Assembly: GCA_043228905.1 (NCBI GenBank)
Contig: JBHGNT010000337.1
Location: 1 to 33,463, forward strand
Source of the DNA: Azolla caroliniana
Taxonomy: Eukaryota > Plantae > Polypodiophyta
DNA length: 33,463 nucleotides
Reading direction: 5' to 3'
Within the stretch, counting starts at the first letter, position 1, and the number at the start of each line of letters is the position of its first letter. Shown here in pieces: positions 10,127 to 19,881 of the stretch. Made by a program: the position numbers and the translations under genes. Below the pieces are notes generated by a model. That model did no database searches, had not been told where the DNA came from, and saw only the letters and a program-made list of their open reading frames with translations.

Positions 10127-13100
10127 GTTAAATATTATATCATGGAATGTTCGAGGTTTAGGAGGTAGTAATTGTGGTAAAGTAAGGAGTGTTTTCTGTC
10201 GTCAATTGAAGAAGTCTTTGGTAGGTAGAATTGATGTTCTTTTGATTCAAGAACATCATTTAAATGAACAACGGATTCGGAAATATGGAAATTTGTTGCC
10301 AGGTAAATGGAGGCAGCTTTGGGTGCCTGCACTTGGGGTTAATAGGCTGAAAGCTGGACTATGTATAGCAATAAACGATACCTGTTTGCTCAATTTTTTA
10401 CATTATGGAGTCTTGTCCTGTAGTCGAGGTCAATATGCAATTTTTCAAATAGGTTTGAAGAAGTGGGGTTTATTGAATATTTATGCTCCGAATAATGCAA
10501 AAGATAGAATGATACTGTGGAAAAGCATAATTTCACAGTTACCCACTGTGGATCATTGGGCAATTGCAGGTGATTTTAATATGGTAGAGGATGTGAGTGA
10601 TAGGGTAGGAGGAACGTCACAAACAGTGGCTGGTTCAGAATTATATGAATGGGAACGACTGATTTTTGCTTTAGGATTAATGGATGTGTGGCATGTATCT
10701 TCCTTTGTAAGGCTACAGGATTCTTTACAGTACTCCAAATCAAATAGAAGTGAGGTTCATACTAATTTGTCTAGGTTAGATAGATTTTATGCCGATAAGT
10801 TTATATGGGACAAAGGAGGCTCCATTGGAATTTTACTTTCATTTTCCTTTTCTGATCATGCACCTCTTCGTATAATTATAGTTCTACAGGAACAATATAA
10901 AACTTCTAGGTTTCGAATTCCGAATCATGTGTTTCTGCGACAAGATTGTGTTTGTATTGTACATAATATTTGGAATAAGTATGTCTATTCGCAGGATTGT
11001 GCATTATCCAGTGTTCAAAATGCTATTAGGGAAATACAACAATTTTTCCACTATAAGGCCAAACAAGTAGTTCACTCATCTTTCACAAAAATAGGAAGAC
11101 TTCGTAGGGGATTGAGGTCCTTACAACATTTGCAAGAGAAAAGGCCGTATTCGACTTATATAAGGTCTAGGGTGATACAAGTAGGAAACCAAATATTAGA
11201 ATTACAAAAGGTTTCCGCAGAATTTACTTACCATAATATAGCATCTGAATGGGCAGAGTCAGGAGATAAAGTAAATAAAATGTTTTTTAAAATGCATAAT
11301 TTCCATAAGTCTACGGCTAGGATTTCCCAGTTAAAATGTCCAGATGGCTCTTTCACCAATGATGCTAGTCAGATGCGGCAAATAGCCTCTGAATATTATG
11401 ATAATTTGTTGAAGGCTCAATCCTTTTCTATTGGCGATTTAGCTAAAAGAGATATTATATGGTCCAGAATTCAACATAAATTGCATGTTCAACTTTCCGA
11501 ACGTCTTTTGCAACCACTAAGTCCTCAAGAGGTTTTTAAAGCAGCAAAGTCCTTAGCAAAAGATGTTTGTCCTGGGTTGGATGGGTTGAGTGTCCAATGG
11601 TATTTACAATATTGGGATTTGATAGGTGAGGGACTAACTAGAGCTTATCAACAGGTTTTAGATTCGGGATATATGCCCCAAGAATGGAATGATGGTTTAA
11701 TCTATATGATTCCCAAAGCCGGTGGTCAGTTAGAGGAGCTTCGGCATTGGAGGCCAATTACTTTGTTAAACATTATTTATAAGATATTAGCCAAAACGTT
11801 AGCTAAACGTTTACAACCTTATCTTTCTGAACTGATTCATGATTCTCAGTCAGGTTTTATACAAGAGCGAAGTATTTTTGATAATATTATTCTTTTTTGG
11901 GAGATGGTAGCTTTTGCTGAAGGACAGAATCAAGAGTTGGCAGTGTTATTTCTGGATTTCGAAAAAGCTTATGACAGAGTCGACTGGAATTTCATGGAGG
12001 GGACTTTGCTTAAGATGGGTTTTCCAAACAATTGGATACGGGGAGTTTCAGCATTATATCGTAATGCACATAGTTCGGTTTTATTTGCAGGGGATATTGG
12101 TAGGCGTTTCTCTATTTCAAGATCAGTAAGACAAGGATGTCCACTTGCTCCTTTTTTGTTTTTATTAGTATCTGAAGCGTTTTCTGTATATTTAAATTCT
12201 CAGCAGGTTAATATAAAAGGTCTAGCATTGCCATTTGCAGATGCTAGCGTTGATAGTGAGTTTGCTGATGATACAGCTCTTTATATTCACGCCTCACAAT
12301 TTAATTTGGTGCAGGTTCAAAAAGTTGTGGATGACTTCGCAGATGCATCGGGTGCAGTGATCAATTGGGATAAGTCATCAGGTTTTTGGGTGGCTTCGGG
12401 AAACCCTCCAGTTAACGCGCCTAGCGCAGGTTTCTCGTGGATTCCGAAAGGACAGTCCATTAGGTATCTAGGATGTAGAGTAGGGTTAGGAATAAAGGTA
12501 GATGATATGATTGCGCCCTTATTGGTAAGATTAAGAAATAAGCTAATATATTGGAAGAAGGAAAGGTTATCCTTAGCTGGACGTGTAGTTGTTGCTAATT
12601 CTGTGCTTTTATCATCTGTTTGGTATATAGCCTCTACATGGTTGTTTTCTAGGTCCATTATGCTTAGAGTTCAACGTCTAGTACGGAATTTTATTTGGGG
12701 AAATGATACGGTACACAATACTATAGCAAAGGTAGCTTGGTCGGTTCTTATACAACCCAAACATAAAGGAGGTTTAGGTTTGATTGATCCTTTCATGCAA
12801 AGTAAAGCATTACTTGTTAAACATGTTGTTAGGTGTTTATTGCCTGGACAAGAGTTATGGAAAAAGTTTTGGATGTGTCATTTATATAAATTAAAACCAT
12901 CGGTTGGTGGTAATTGGCGTGATAGTCTTAGATGGTTCTTTAATTCAGATTTTCCGCTGTCTAAATCGACAGTTGGGTCCTTTAGTTTTTTTAATGGCAT
13001 TCTAAGGGCATGGGAAAGTATTCGTCGAGCGCTGGTTTTTTTGCCACCAAAAACATATCATCAATTAATGCGTCAGCCGTTGTTATGGAATCCTTTGTTT

Positions 13101-14492
13101 ACTGATGAAGCGGCATGTGTCTTAGGTTTACGACCTAGGTTATCTTGGGCTGCAATGGATAACGGACCAGCTCGTACGGTTGCGGATTGGATTGCTTTCC
13201 TGCAGACTTCAGTGCAAGACCAAAAGAGTAGGGTGTCTAATTTCAGAGGGGCAAACATTATGATAACTCAAGTGTCAACGGTGTATCAGGTAACATTACC
13301 AACTTTGAGTTTTGGTCATTGTTTGAATTGGTATGGTATGTTTTCGAGATTAAATATACTAATAGGAGCTCGTCTGTATACTCAAAATGGTAGCCTTTAC
13401 TTTTATGAAGTTTGCGATAATGGTAGGTTGTTGGTAGTGGAGGAGGAGTCTTCAATTGTGTCTTCTGCCAGACAGCTGCCAGTGAGAGTAATAGCTAGGT
13501 TGGGAAAAAAGATATTTATAGATCCTAATCCACTAATTGCTAAGTATTCATCTCATATATGGGTTTTAAATTCTAGACCAATTGTTGATTTGCAGTGGGA
13601 TCCATTAGATTATGGTTGGAAGTTACCAATGTCTGATAGTACGCAAGAGAAAGTTCTTCCATTTTTTGCATATTCTGTGTCACTGGGTAGGAAGTTTTTG
13701 TTAAATGAGATAGAGTCAATTCCGGCAGGAAAAAAATATTGGGAGGAAGGTAATGTCTCATCTACATATATGTTGAAGTTTTGGAAACACCTTTGGTCGC
13801 TTAAATGTATGAACAAGGTATTGCACTTTCGATGGTTAATGATTCATTATGCATTGCCAGTAGGAGCTTTATTGAGGGGAACAATACCTGATCGATCATG
13901 TGGTAGGTGTGGCTGGGCATATGAGACATTACATCATGCTTTTTGGGAATGTGTTACGGCCAAATGTTTTTGGGCTCGTATTCTTAGGCTTTTAAGTCGT
14001 AAGTATAGGGCTACTAAATTCACGTGGGGTACAATCTTTTGGGGTACGTTGGATCAAGAAACTGTTTTTTATCATTATCATAATTCATCATTGACTTTAC
14101 ATGTGAAAAGTTTTCAGGTGTACGTTACGAATAGCTCCTTGCAGGGAGTCAAGTTCTTTTCTAGGTGTTATGTTTGGAACTTTATTTCCTCGTTGGCCTT
14201 ATGGATTATTTGGAAAGCAAGGTGTTCTAAAATATATAATGATGAAGATACTAATGTTGTGGATCAAGTTAAATCTTTCTGGGAATTATTGGTAAATATA
14301 GTTAAAGGTGAATATGATAGCTATAAGGGTTGTGGAAATGGGCCTAACCGGAAAAGAAAGCGACTTAGAAGAGTCTGGTCAACCATTCCTATTTTTTTGG
14401 ATGCAACAGGGGAAGATGTAAAGTGGAATTATGTTCCACCTCGATGGTTGTTTCCGCCACCAGCGCCATTTATATTGAACACAGCCGTTTAG
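10116..14492 (+). CDS. LINE ORF2 protein (APE endonuclease, reverse transcriptase, zf-RVT)
   Basis: 1458 aa uninterrupted. Endonuclease: SWNVRG, QEHH, NIYAPN, GDFN, RLDRFY, SDH. RT: WRPITLLN, DFEKAYD, RQGCPL, FADD, YLG. zf-RVT: CGRC..ETLHHAFWEC. Overlaps ORF1 by 11 nt. Confidence 0.96.
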   Translation: MMDRLNIISWNVRGLGGSNCGKVRSVFCRQLKKSLVGRIDVLLIQEHHLNEQRIRKYGNLLPGKWRQLWVPALGVNRLKAGLCIAINDTCLLNFLHYGVLSCSRGQYAIFQIGLKKWGLLNIYAPNNAKDRMILWKSIISQLPTVDHWAIAGDFNMVEDVSDRVGGTSQTVAGSELYEWERLIFALGLMDVWHVSSFVRLQDSLQYSKSNRSEVHTNLSRLDRFYADKFIWDKGGSIGILLSFSFSDHAPLRIIIVLQEQYKTSRFRIPNHVFLRQDCVCIVHNIWNKYVYSQDCALSSVQNAIREIQQFFHYKAKQVVHSSFTKIGRLRRGLRSLQHLQEKRPYSTYIRSRVIQVGNQILELQKVSAEFTYHNIASEWAESGDKVNKMFFKMHNFHKSTARISQLKCPDGSFTNDASQMRQIASEYYDNLLKAQSFSIGDLAKRDIIWSRIQHKLHVQLSERLLQPLSPQEVFKAAKSLAKDVCPGLDGLSVQWYLQYWDLIGEGLTRAYQQVLDSGYMPQEWNDGLIYMIPKAGGQLEELRHWRPITLLNIIYKILAKTLAKRLQPYLSELIHDSQSGFIQERSIFDNIILFWEMVAFAEGQNQELAVLFLDFEKAYDRVDWNFMEGTLLKMGFPNNWIRGVSALYRNAHSSVLFAGDIGRRFSISRSVRQGCPLAPFLFLLVSEAFSVYLNSQQVNIKGLALPFADASVDSEFADDTALYIHASQFNLVQVQKVVDDFADASGAVINWDKSSGFWVASGNPPVNAPSAGFSWIPKGQSIRYLGCRVGLGIKVDDMIAPLLVRLRNKLIYWKKERLSLAGRVVVANSVLLSSVWYIASTWLFSRSIMLRVQRLVRNFIWGNDTVHNTIAKVAWSVLIQPKHKGGLGLIDPFMQSKALLVKHVVRCLLPGQELWKKFWMCHLYKLKPSVGGNWRDSLRWFFNSDFPLSKSTVGSFSFFNGILRAWESIRRALVFLPPKTYHQLMRQPLLWNPLFTDEAACVLGLRPRLSWAAMDNGPARTVADWIAFLQTSVQDQKSRVSNFRGANIMITQVSTVYQVTLPTLSFGHCLNWYGMFSRLNILIGARLYTQNGSLYFYEVCDNGRLLVVEEESSIVSSARQLPVRVIARLGKKIFIDPNPLIAKYSSHIWVLNSRPIVDLQWDPLDYGWKLPMSDSTQEKVLPFFAYSVSLGRKFLLNEIESIPAGKKYWEEGNVSSTYMLKFWKHLWSLKCMNKVLHFRWLMIHYALPVGALLRGTIPDRSCGRCGWAYETLHHAFWECVTAKCFWARILRLLSRKYRATKFTWGTIFWGTLDQETVFYHYHNSSLTLHVKSFQVYVTNSSLQGVKFFSRCYVWNFISSLALWIIWKARCSKIYNDEDTNVVDQVKSFWELLVNIVKGEYDSYKGCGNGPNRKRKRLRRVWSTIPIFLDATGEDVKWNYVPPRWLFPPPAPFILNTAV

Positions 14493-15533
14493 GATGAGTG
14501 CGTGAGGAAAGTGTAAACTGTTTTTGTGTTGTAAATACAGGTTTTCCACGGACATTGGCAACAAGCTAATCGACGAGAGGGCTGATGTGGAAAGAAGGAA
14601 GAATGTGTAAGAGAAAAGGATGGGGTATGGTGGCGGGGTCATAGTCGACAATCGTGAGTGGGTGGGGAATTTTTACACTAATTTTTGTTTTTAATACAGG
14701 TTTTTCGTCAACAGTGCAAGATGTTAATCGACAAGAGGGCTGACGTGGACTGAATGAAGAATTTCTTGTTTTGTGATAAGGATGAGGGAAGATGGCGGGG
14801 GGGTCGAAGCCGTCTATCATGAGTGAGGAAACTTTGAGATTAACTGTTTTGTTATTGATATAGGTTTTTTCGTGGACATTGGTCATGACGATAATTGGCT
14901 AGATGGTTGATGTGGATTGAACGAAGAAATTTTCTGTGTGAAAGTGATAAGGTTGAGTGAAGATGGTGGGGAGGGTGAAGCCGACTATAACGAGTGGGTG
15001 AGAAAATGTTTACACTAATTTTGTGTTGATCAATACAGGATATGCGTGGACATTGCCACCGTGTTAATTGGTGAGATGGCTGATGTCGACTGTATGAAGA
15101 ATTTCTGTGTTAAGGATGAGTGAAGATGGTGGGGAGGGTGAAGCCGACTATAACGAGTGGGTGAGGAAATGTTTACATTAATTTTGCGTTGATCAATACA
15201 GGATATGCGTGGACATTGCCACCGTGGTATTTGGTGAGATGGCTGATGTCGACTGAATGAAGAATTATTGTGTTAAGGATGAGTGAAGATGGTGGGGAGG
15301 GTCGAAGCCAATGTGCAGGAGTGGGTGAGGACATGTTTTAACCTAAGTTTTTGTTGATTATACAGGATATGCGTGGACATTGGAACCAGGTTAATCGGTG
15401 AGATGGCTGATGTCGACTAAAGGAAGAAATATTTGTGGTGAGGATGAGTGAAGATGGTGGGGAGGGTCGAAGCCAATCATCACGAGTGGGTGCTGCAGGG
15501 ACTGTTTTGGTGTTGTGTTTTCAACGGCAACAG
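14493..15533 (+). repeat. Tandem array of six ~159-175-bp units (plus a partial unit) in the LINE-B 3' region
   Basis: Recurring GTGGACATTG, GATGGCTGATGTCGAC, AAGGATGAGTGAAGATGGTGGGGAGGGT and T-tract-AATACAG. Units end at 14540, 14699, 14863, 15038, 15201, 15365 and 15533. Confidence 0.92.
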
Positions 15534-15554
15534 CCGAGGAAGGTTCAATCTGGC

Positions 15555-15725
15555 ATGGGAAAAGACAGACAAAGATACAAGAGGTTGGACAGATTTATGA
15601 GCTTGGAAAGTCAGCTTGAAGAAGACTACGGCCAAGAAGTAGCAGATTACCTCAATGGCTTGATTGGAGAGAGCAGTTTTGTATTACCTAAGTGGTACAA
15701 AAGGACATTCACAAGGGAAAATTAA
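15555..15725 (+). CDS. Possible small ORF (56 aa, unknown function) in the LINE-B 3' region
   Basis: ATG-initiated MGKDRQRYKRLDRFMSLESQLEEDYGQEVADYLNGLIGESSFVLPKWYKRTFTREN, 21 nt after the last acceptor-like site; no recognisable homology. Confidence 0.25.
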   Translation: MGKDRQRYKRLDRFMSLESQLEEDYGQEVADYLNGLIGESSFVLPKWYKRTFTREN

Positions 15726-16701
15726 AGGCCAAGGAACGGGAACAGCTATTGGACAACCAGGTGATGGTGAACAACTTTAGTACATGCGGAACCAAATGCA
15801 AACATGGAGTTTTTAGACTACTAGCCATGATTACCACCAAGATATGTATTCACTTGGACTGCAGGAATTTGTTTATAGGTTGAATATGGGTATACTAAAG
15901 AGCTTTAGTATATGTGGAATCACATTCAGCCAATGTTGGCTGCAACATGATGTTTTTAGAGGCCATAACAAATGCCATCATTATTTGGTCCCTTTTTTTA
16001 CGATATATACTTATGGAGTGGAAACTATTATGTACAATTTGTACATTGCCTTTGGCATTGTTAATTTTAATACCAATGGAGCATATTTTTATGGAAAAAA
16101 AAACAAATATATATAATATTTATTTATTTATTTAAATAAATTTATTTCACCAAAAAAAGAACAATTATTCATTAATAGATTATATGTAGTGTCAAGAGAG
16201 TTTATGAAACTTATTTTAATTAATCAATTTATTTATTTATTTTTAAAAAACGAACACTTATAACTTATAAGTTATACATTTATTATAAAAATTTAGTTAT
16301 ACTTACAAATATGATTAGTATGAACTCTAAATATATGATTAGTTTAAAGTACTATTTTTAATGTCAAAATAAAAATATCCATAAATTTTGAGGGAATAAA
16401 AAGTGAGAAATTAATGAGCCTTTATTTTATTTTATTTATTTATTAAAAATAAAACGAATACATACTTATAACTATAAGTTATACATTTATTATAAAAATT
16501 TAGTAGTGTCAAATCCCCAAGTCCCTCTTTTATTATCCCTATTTATTGTCAAGTTCCTTTTTTTTATCCTAGGAAATTAAAAAAGACATAGTTTTTTTTT
16601 TTTGAGGTAAACGAATACTTGACCACCCATTCGTATTCGTATTCGTTTGCATTCGAATGGGAAACCCGACGAATGCGAATATGTCAATCTATGATTGGAA
16701 T

Positions 16702-17503
16702 CAACAAGGTATTACTCCTAGTTCCTTGCAAAATTCTGGGTTATTTTATGGGCAAGAAAACAACCACACAAAATATTGCATGTACAATGGTTAATTGTAC
16801 ACCATGCCTTGCAGATAAGCACATGGTTGCATAGAATGGGAGTATCTTCTGGTTGTATTCGATGTCAATTACAAATGGAAACTCAAAAACATTGTTTATG
16901 GGAATGGATTGAGTCTCAACATATATGGCAACGACTCCTTAGAATTTTTGCTAATTATTTTCCCCCATTGATTTTCACTTGGGGCATGATTGTTTGGACA
17001 TCATTTGTCCGTGATGTGTTCCATTATGACAATGAATCTATGGACCATGGATTTTACACTAAATATGGAAAGTGTTCATACATTACCACTGTTGTCATTA
17101 CAGTTTTCAAGAGTAAGGAAGGAAGTCCAACTTGTATGGGAGATACTGAGTAGCACCATTGTATATCACATTTGGAAGGCTAGGTGTTCTCTCGTTTTCC
17201 ATCAACTTAAAACACCACTAGCTGAAGTGGTTTCGAACATTTGGTTAGACATAGTTCATACTTTGAAGGGTCAATGGGATGGCATAGTTGGAGATTCTGA
17301 GGCTAAAATTGCTCAACGGAGTGAGTTTCTTATTATTTGGGCAGCTAGTCCATTCTTGACATCCAATTACGGCACTCCTTATTGGCATTTTCAGCCGCCA
17401 AAATGGTTGTTTCCCCCGCCAATCACATAGAGGTTTAAAATCTTGTAAATTGTTTATACTAATGACATAATATCTTTTCTAAAAAAACATTAAAAAAAAA
17501 AAA
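16702..17503 (+). mobile_element. LINE-A, 3' end of decayed ORF2 with poly(A) tail
   Basis: QQGITPSSLQ/(K)FWVILW, CIRC..ETQKHCLWE, IWKARC, QPPKWLFPPPIT-stop (17430), with frameshifts; A7-CATT-A12 tail at 17481-17503. Confidence 0.88.
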
Positions 17504-17504
17504 G

Positions 17505-17805
17505 ACGTATCTATGTGTAGATTGTGTGTGTACATATGTGTATGTGTACGCCTATGTTCTTGTCTATCTCTATATGTAACTATACAGGTAGATGTGTATG
17601 TGTCTACTTCTCGGGCAGAAAAACGCATCGTTTTGTTGTTTCACTTACTCGATATATGTATTTTTGTGTAGATTGTGTGCGTATCTATGTGTATGTGTAC
17701 GCATATGTTCATGTCTATGTCTATATGTAACGATACATGTAGATTTGTATGTGTCTATTTCCTGGGCGGAAAAATGCATCGTTTTGTTGTTTCACTTACT
17801 CGATG
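17505..17805. repeat. Two-copy ~151-bp TG/TA-rich tandem duplication
   Basis: GCATCGTTTTGTTGTTTCACTTACTCGAT starts at 17625 and 17776; TGTGTAGATTGTGTG is also repeated. Confidence 0.8.
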
Positions 17806-19860
17806 TCTACGTATCTAGTGATGTATGTGTGCCATCGTTGTATATGTATTGTGTCATGTATGAGGGGGAAATGTGTACGATGGGGAAAATGTGTTTGTCC
17901 CTTTGTCGAAAAATTAAAGTATTGAGTAGATGATGTTTACGAATTGGATCAAAATCTTACATCCTTTATTATACCAAAATATCTAGAAGACTTCACTTCT
18001 CCATGTTGGACACACCCATCTCCACTTCTTAAATAGGTATGCTTTCTAGTGAATATTATGAAACATTATCCACATGAGGAGACACCCAAGTTGAGATTTC
18101 GAGGAAATCTCTCTCATAATTACTTTGCCCTTGAAATTCCTCTCACAATTACTTTGTTTTCTAGGGTCAACACAGAGATCTATGTATAAAACCTTTAGGT
18201 AGGTGAAATGTGAAAGAAAAATAAATAGAGACAAACTTTGACTTTGAATACTAAATCCATTGTTAATTTGTACACACATTGGCCATTACAGCCAATCTTC
18301 AACCAAGAGATTGTACACTCATTGATAATGTCATGGCAAAATACCATAATAACAAGAATAATCAGTGACTAACTCAATATGCAATACTTCCATCTCCAAC
18401 GGGTAGAACTATTTTAAACAAGTAGAAAGACAGACTTGATTATGAAGCATAAAAGAGCAAATCCCAACCATCCATGAGACCATTTCTATATGGGTTACAA
18501 ACTTACAACTTGGAATTACATGCCTATATGAAAAATAGTTTGTCGATGAAGTGGTTGGATGGAGAAGTTTTTTTGGTAAATGTATCAATCCAAAGACTAT
18601 CACATTGAACTTTCATTCCAACATGTCATTAGTGTCTCGCAAATTTATAAAAAATGCAGCCCAATAATAATAAAGGCCAAAAGGCTTCACTTTATTATTT
18701 GAAGAAATGTTGCATTTAATGGTATGATTGTGAATGCATACTTGAACATGGAATGTAAGAGTATTAGATGTTCACGAGTATGTTATGGATTAGTCAAGTA
18801 TGTCTACACTTAATGGTATGATTAGCAAAAGGCATGCTAGATATGGAATCTTATTAGCAAAAGGCATGGCTAGATATGGAATGTACAGTTATAGATTTCC
18901 CATTACAAATGAAATGTGTGGATATGTCTCGGATGGACATTTATGTCTCATTGATGGATAGTTTTGGATGGTTCATGGCTCACTATGTTCGAAAATAACT
19001 CATATGCCCTCTCCAACTATATAGGAAAAGAAAAATAATTAAAACTAGACTTGGGTTTGAGTATTTTACTGCAAATACCCAATATTGGGAAAATTACCAA
19101 GGGAGGCTAGTTGAATTATGCTCAAGGCTCACATGTAGACACCCCATGTGCCCAAGAGATTGAGACATGCCATCACATTTATGCATACAAACTCACACAT
19201 TTTGAAAATAGAAACGAGGCATTACAGTAGATATGAACAAGAAAAGAGCATTTGTGACCTATTTGCCTCAATGTAACGAAGACAAGAAGTATGTCAATTT
19301 CGCATATCGTCGAAATGTTTTCACATATTCCTACAAAACACACTAAATTCCAAGAACTCCTAATGAGGATGAAACTATGACATTGGACATGCTCTTTTCT
19401 CACCATTCTATGATCAATAACACTAGACATGCTCTCGTCTCACCACCCAATCATATAACCAAGTGTTTGAAATATCATAGAAATGACATTCAATCAACTT
19501 AGTTTTTTGTTTCAACTTTTTCTTTCTTTCTATTCTATCAATTCAAGTTCCTCCACCCACATGGTGGGGAAAATGCTTATTGCCACTATATTCCTTTTTG
19601 GCTTGCCCTATTACCAAAATAAAAACATGAAACTTCTTGATGAGAGGTTGATTGTGGTTGTTGGACATACATTAATTTGTACGAAAGAATTTTGACATGA
19701 GAGACAAAGACAAGAGAATGTATTATTTTAGGGGAATAGGTAGAAGTTTTTTCTTGTGTCCACATGAGACCATTTGCAATGAGACAAGGCCAAACCCACA
19801 ACAAGAATCAAACTTGGGCTATCTCAATTGTGTAATTTTAATGCTACCATGTAAACCATT

Positions 19861-19881
19861 GAGAGAGAGAGAGAGAGAGAG
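19861..19881. repeat. (GA)n microsatellite
   Basis: About 10 GA units. Confidence 0.9.

Larger units (their letters stand above)
8563..16101 (+). mobile_element. LINE-B, intact and apparently full-length L1-type LINE with a long 3' region
   Basis: 17-bp TSD AACAAATATATATAATA (8546-8562 and 16102-16118); short A-tail from 16095; intact ORF1 and ORF2. Confidence 0.88.
8439..16693. mobile_element. Non-autonomous hAT-like TIR DNA transposon (~0.7 kb of its own sequence) carrying the nested LINE-B
   Basis: TIRs CATAGATTGACA (8439-8450) and TGTCAATCTATG (16682-16693); 8-bp TSD ATTGGAAT (8431-8438, 16694-16701); clustered ATTCG/CGAAT subterminal motifs at both ends; no transposase. Confidence 0.85.

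Noticed and set aside
14493-15533. CRISPR-like array
   Set aside because: Whole ~165-bp units are homologous with no unique spacers, there are no cas genes, and the context is eukaryotic TE.
15435-16135. hAT transposase remnant
   Set aside because: No BED finger, DDE or dimerisation motif is seen, and the segment lies inside the LINE-B TSDs rather than in the TIR element's own sequence.
17524-17933. Cys/Val/Tyr-rich ORFs
   Set aside because: Translation artefacts of TG/TA-rich tandem repeats.
18821-18882. ~30-bp direct repeat ATTAGCAAAAGGCATG(G)CTAGATATGGAAT
   Set aside because: Isolated local duplication with no further structure.
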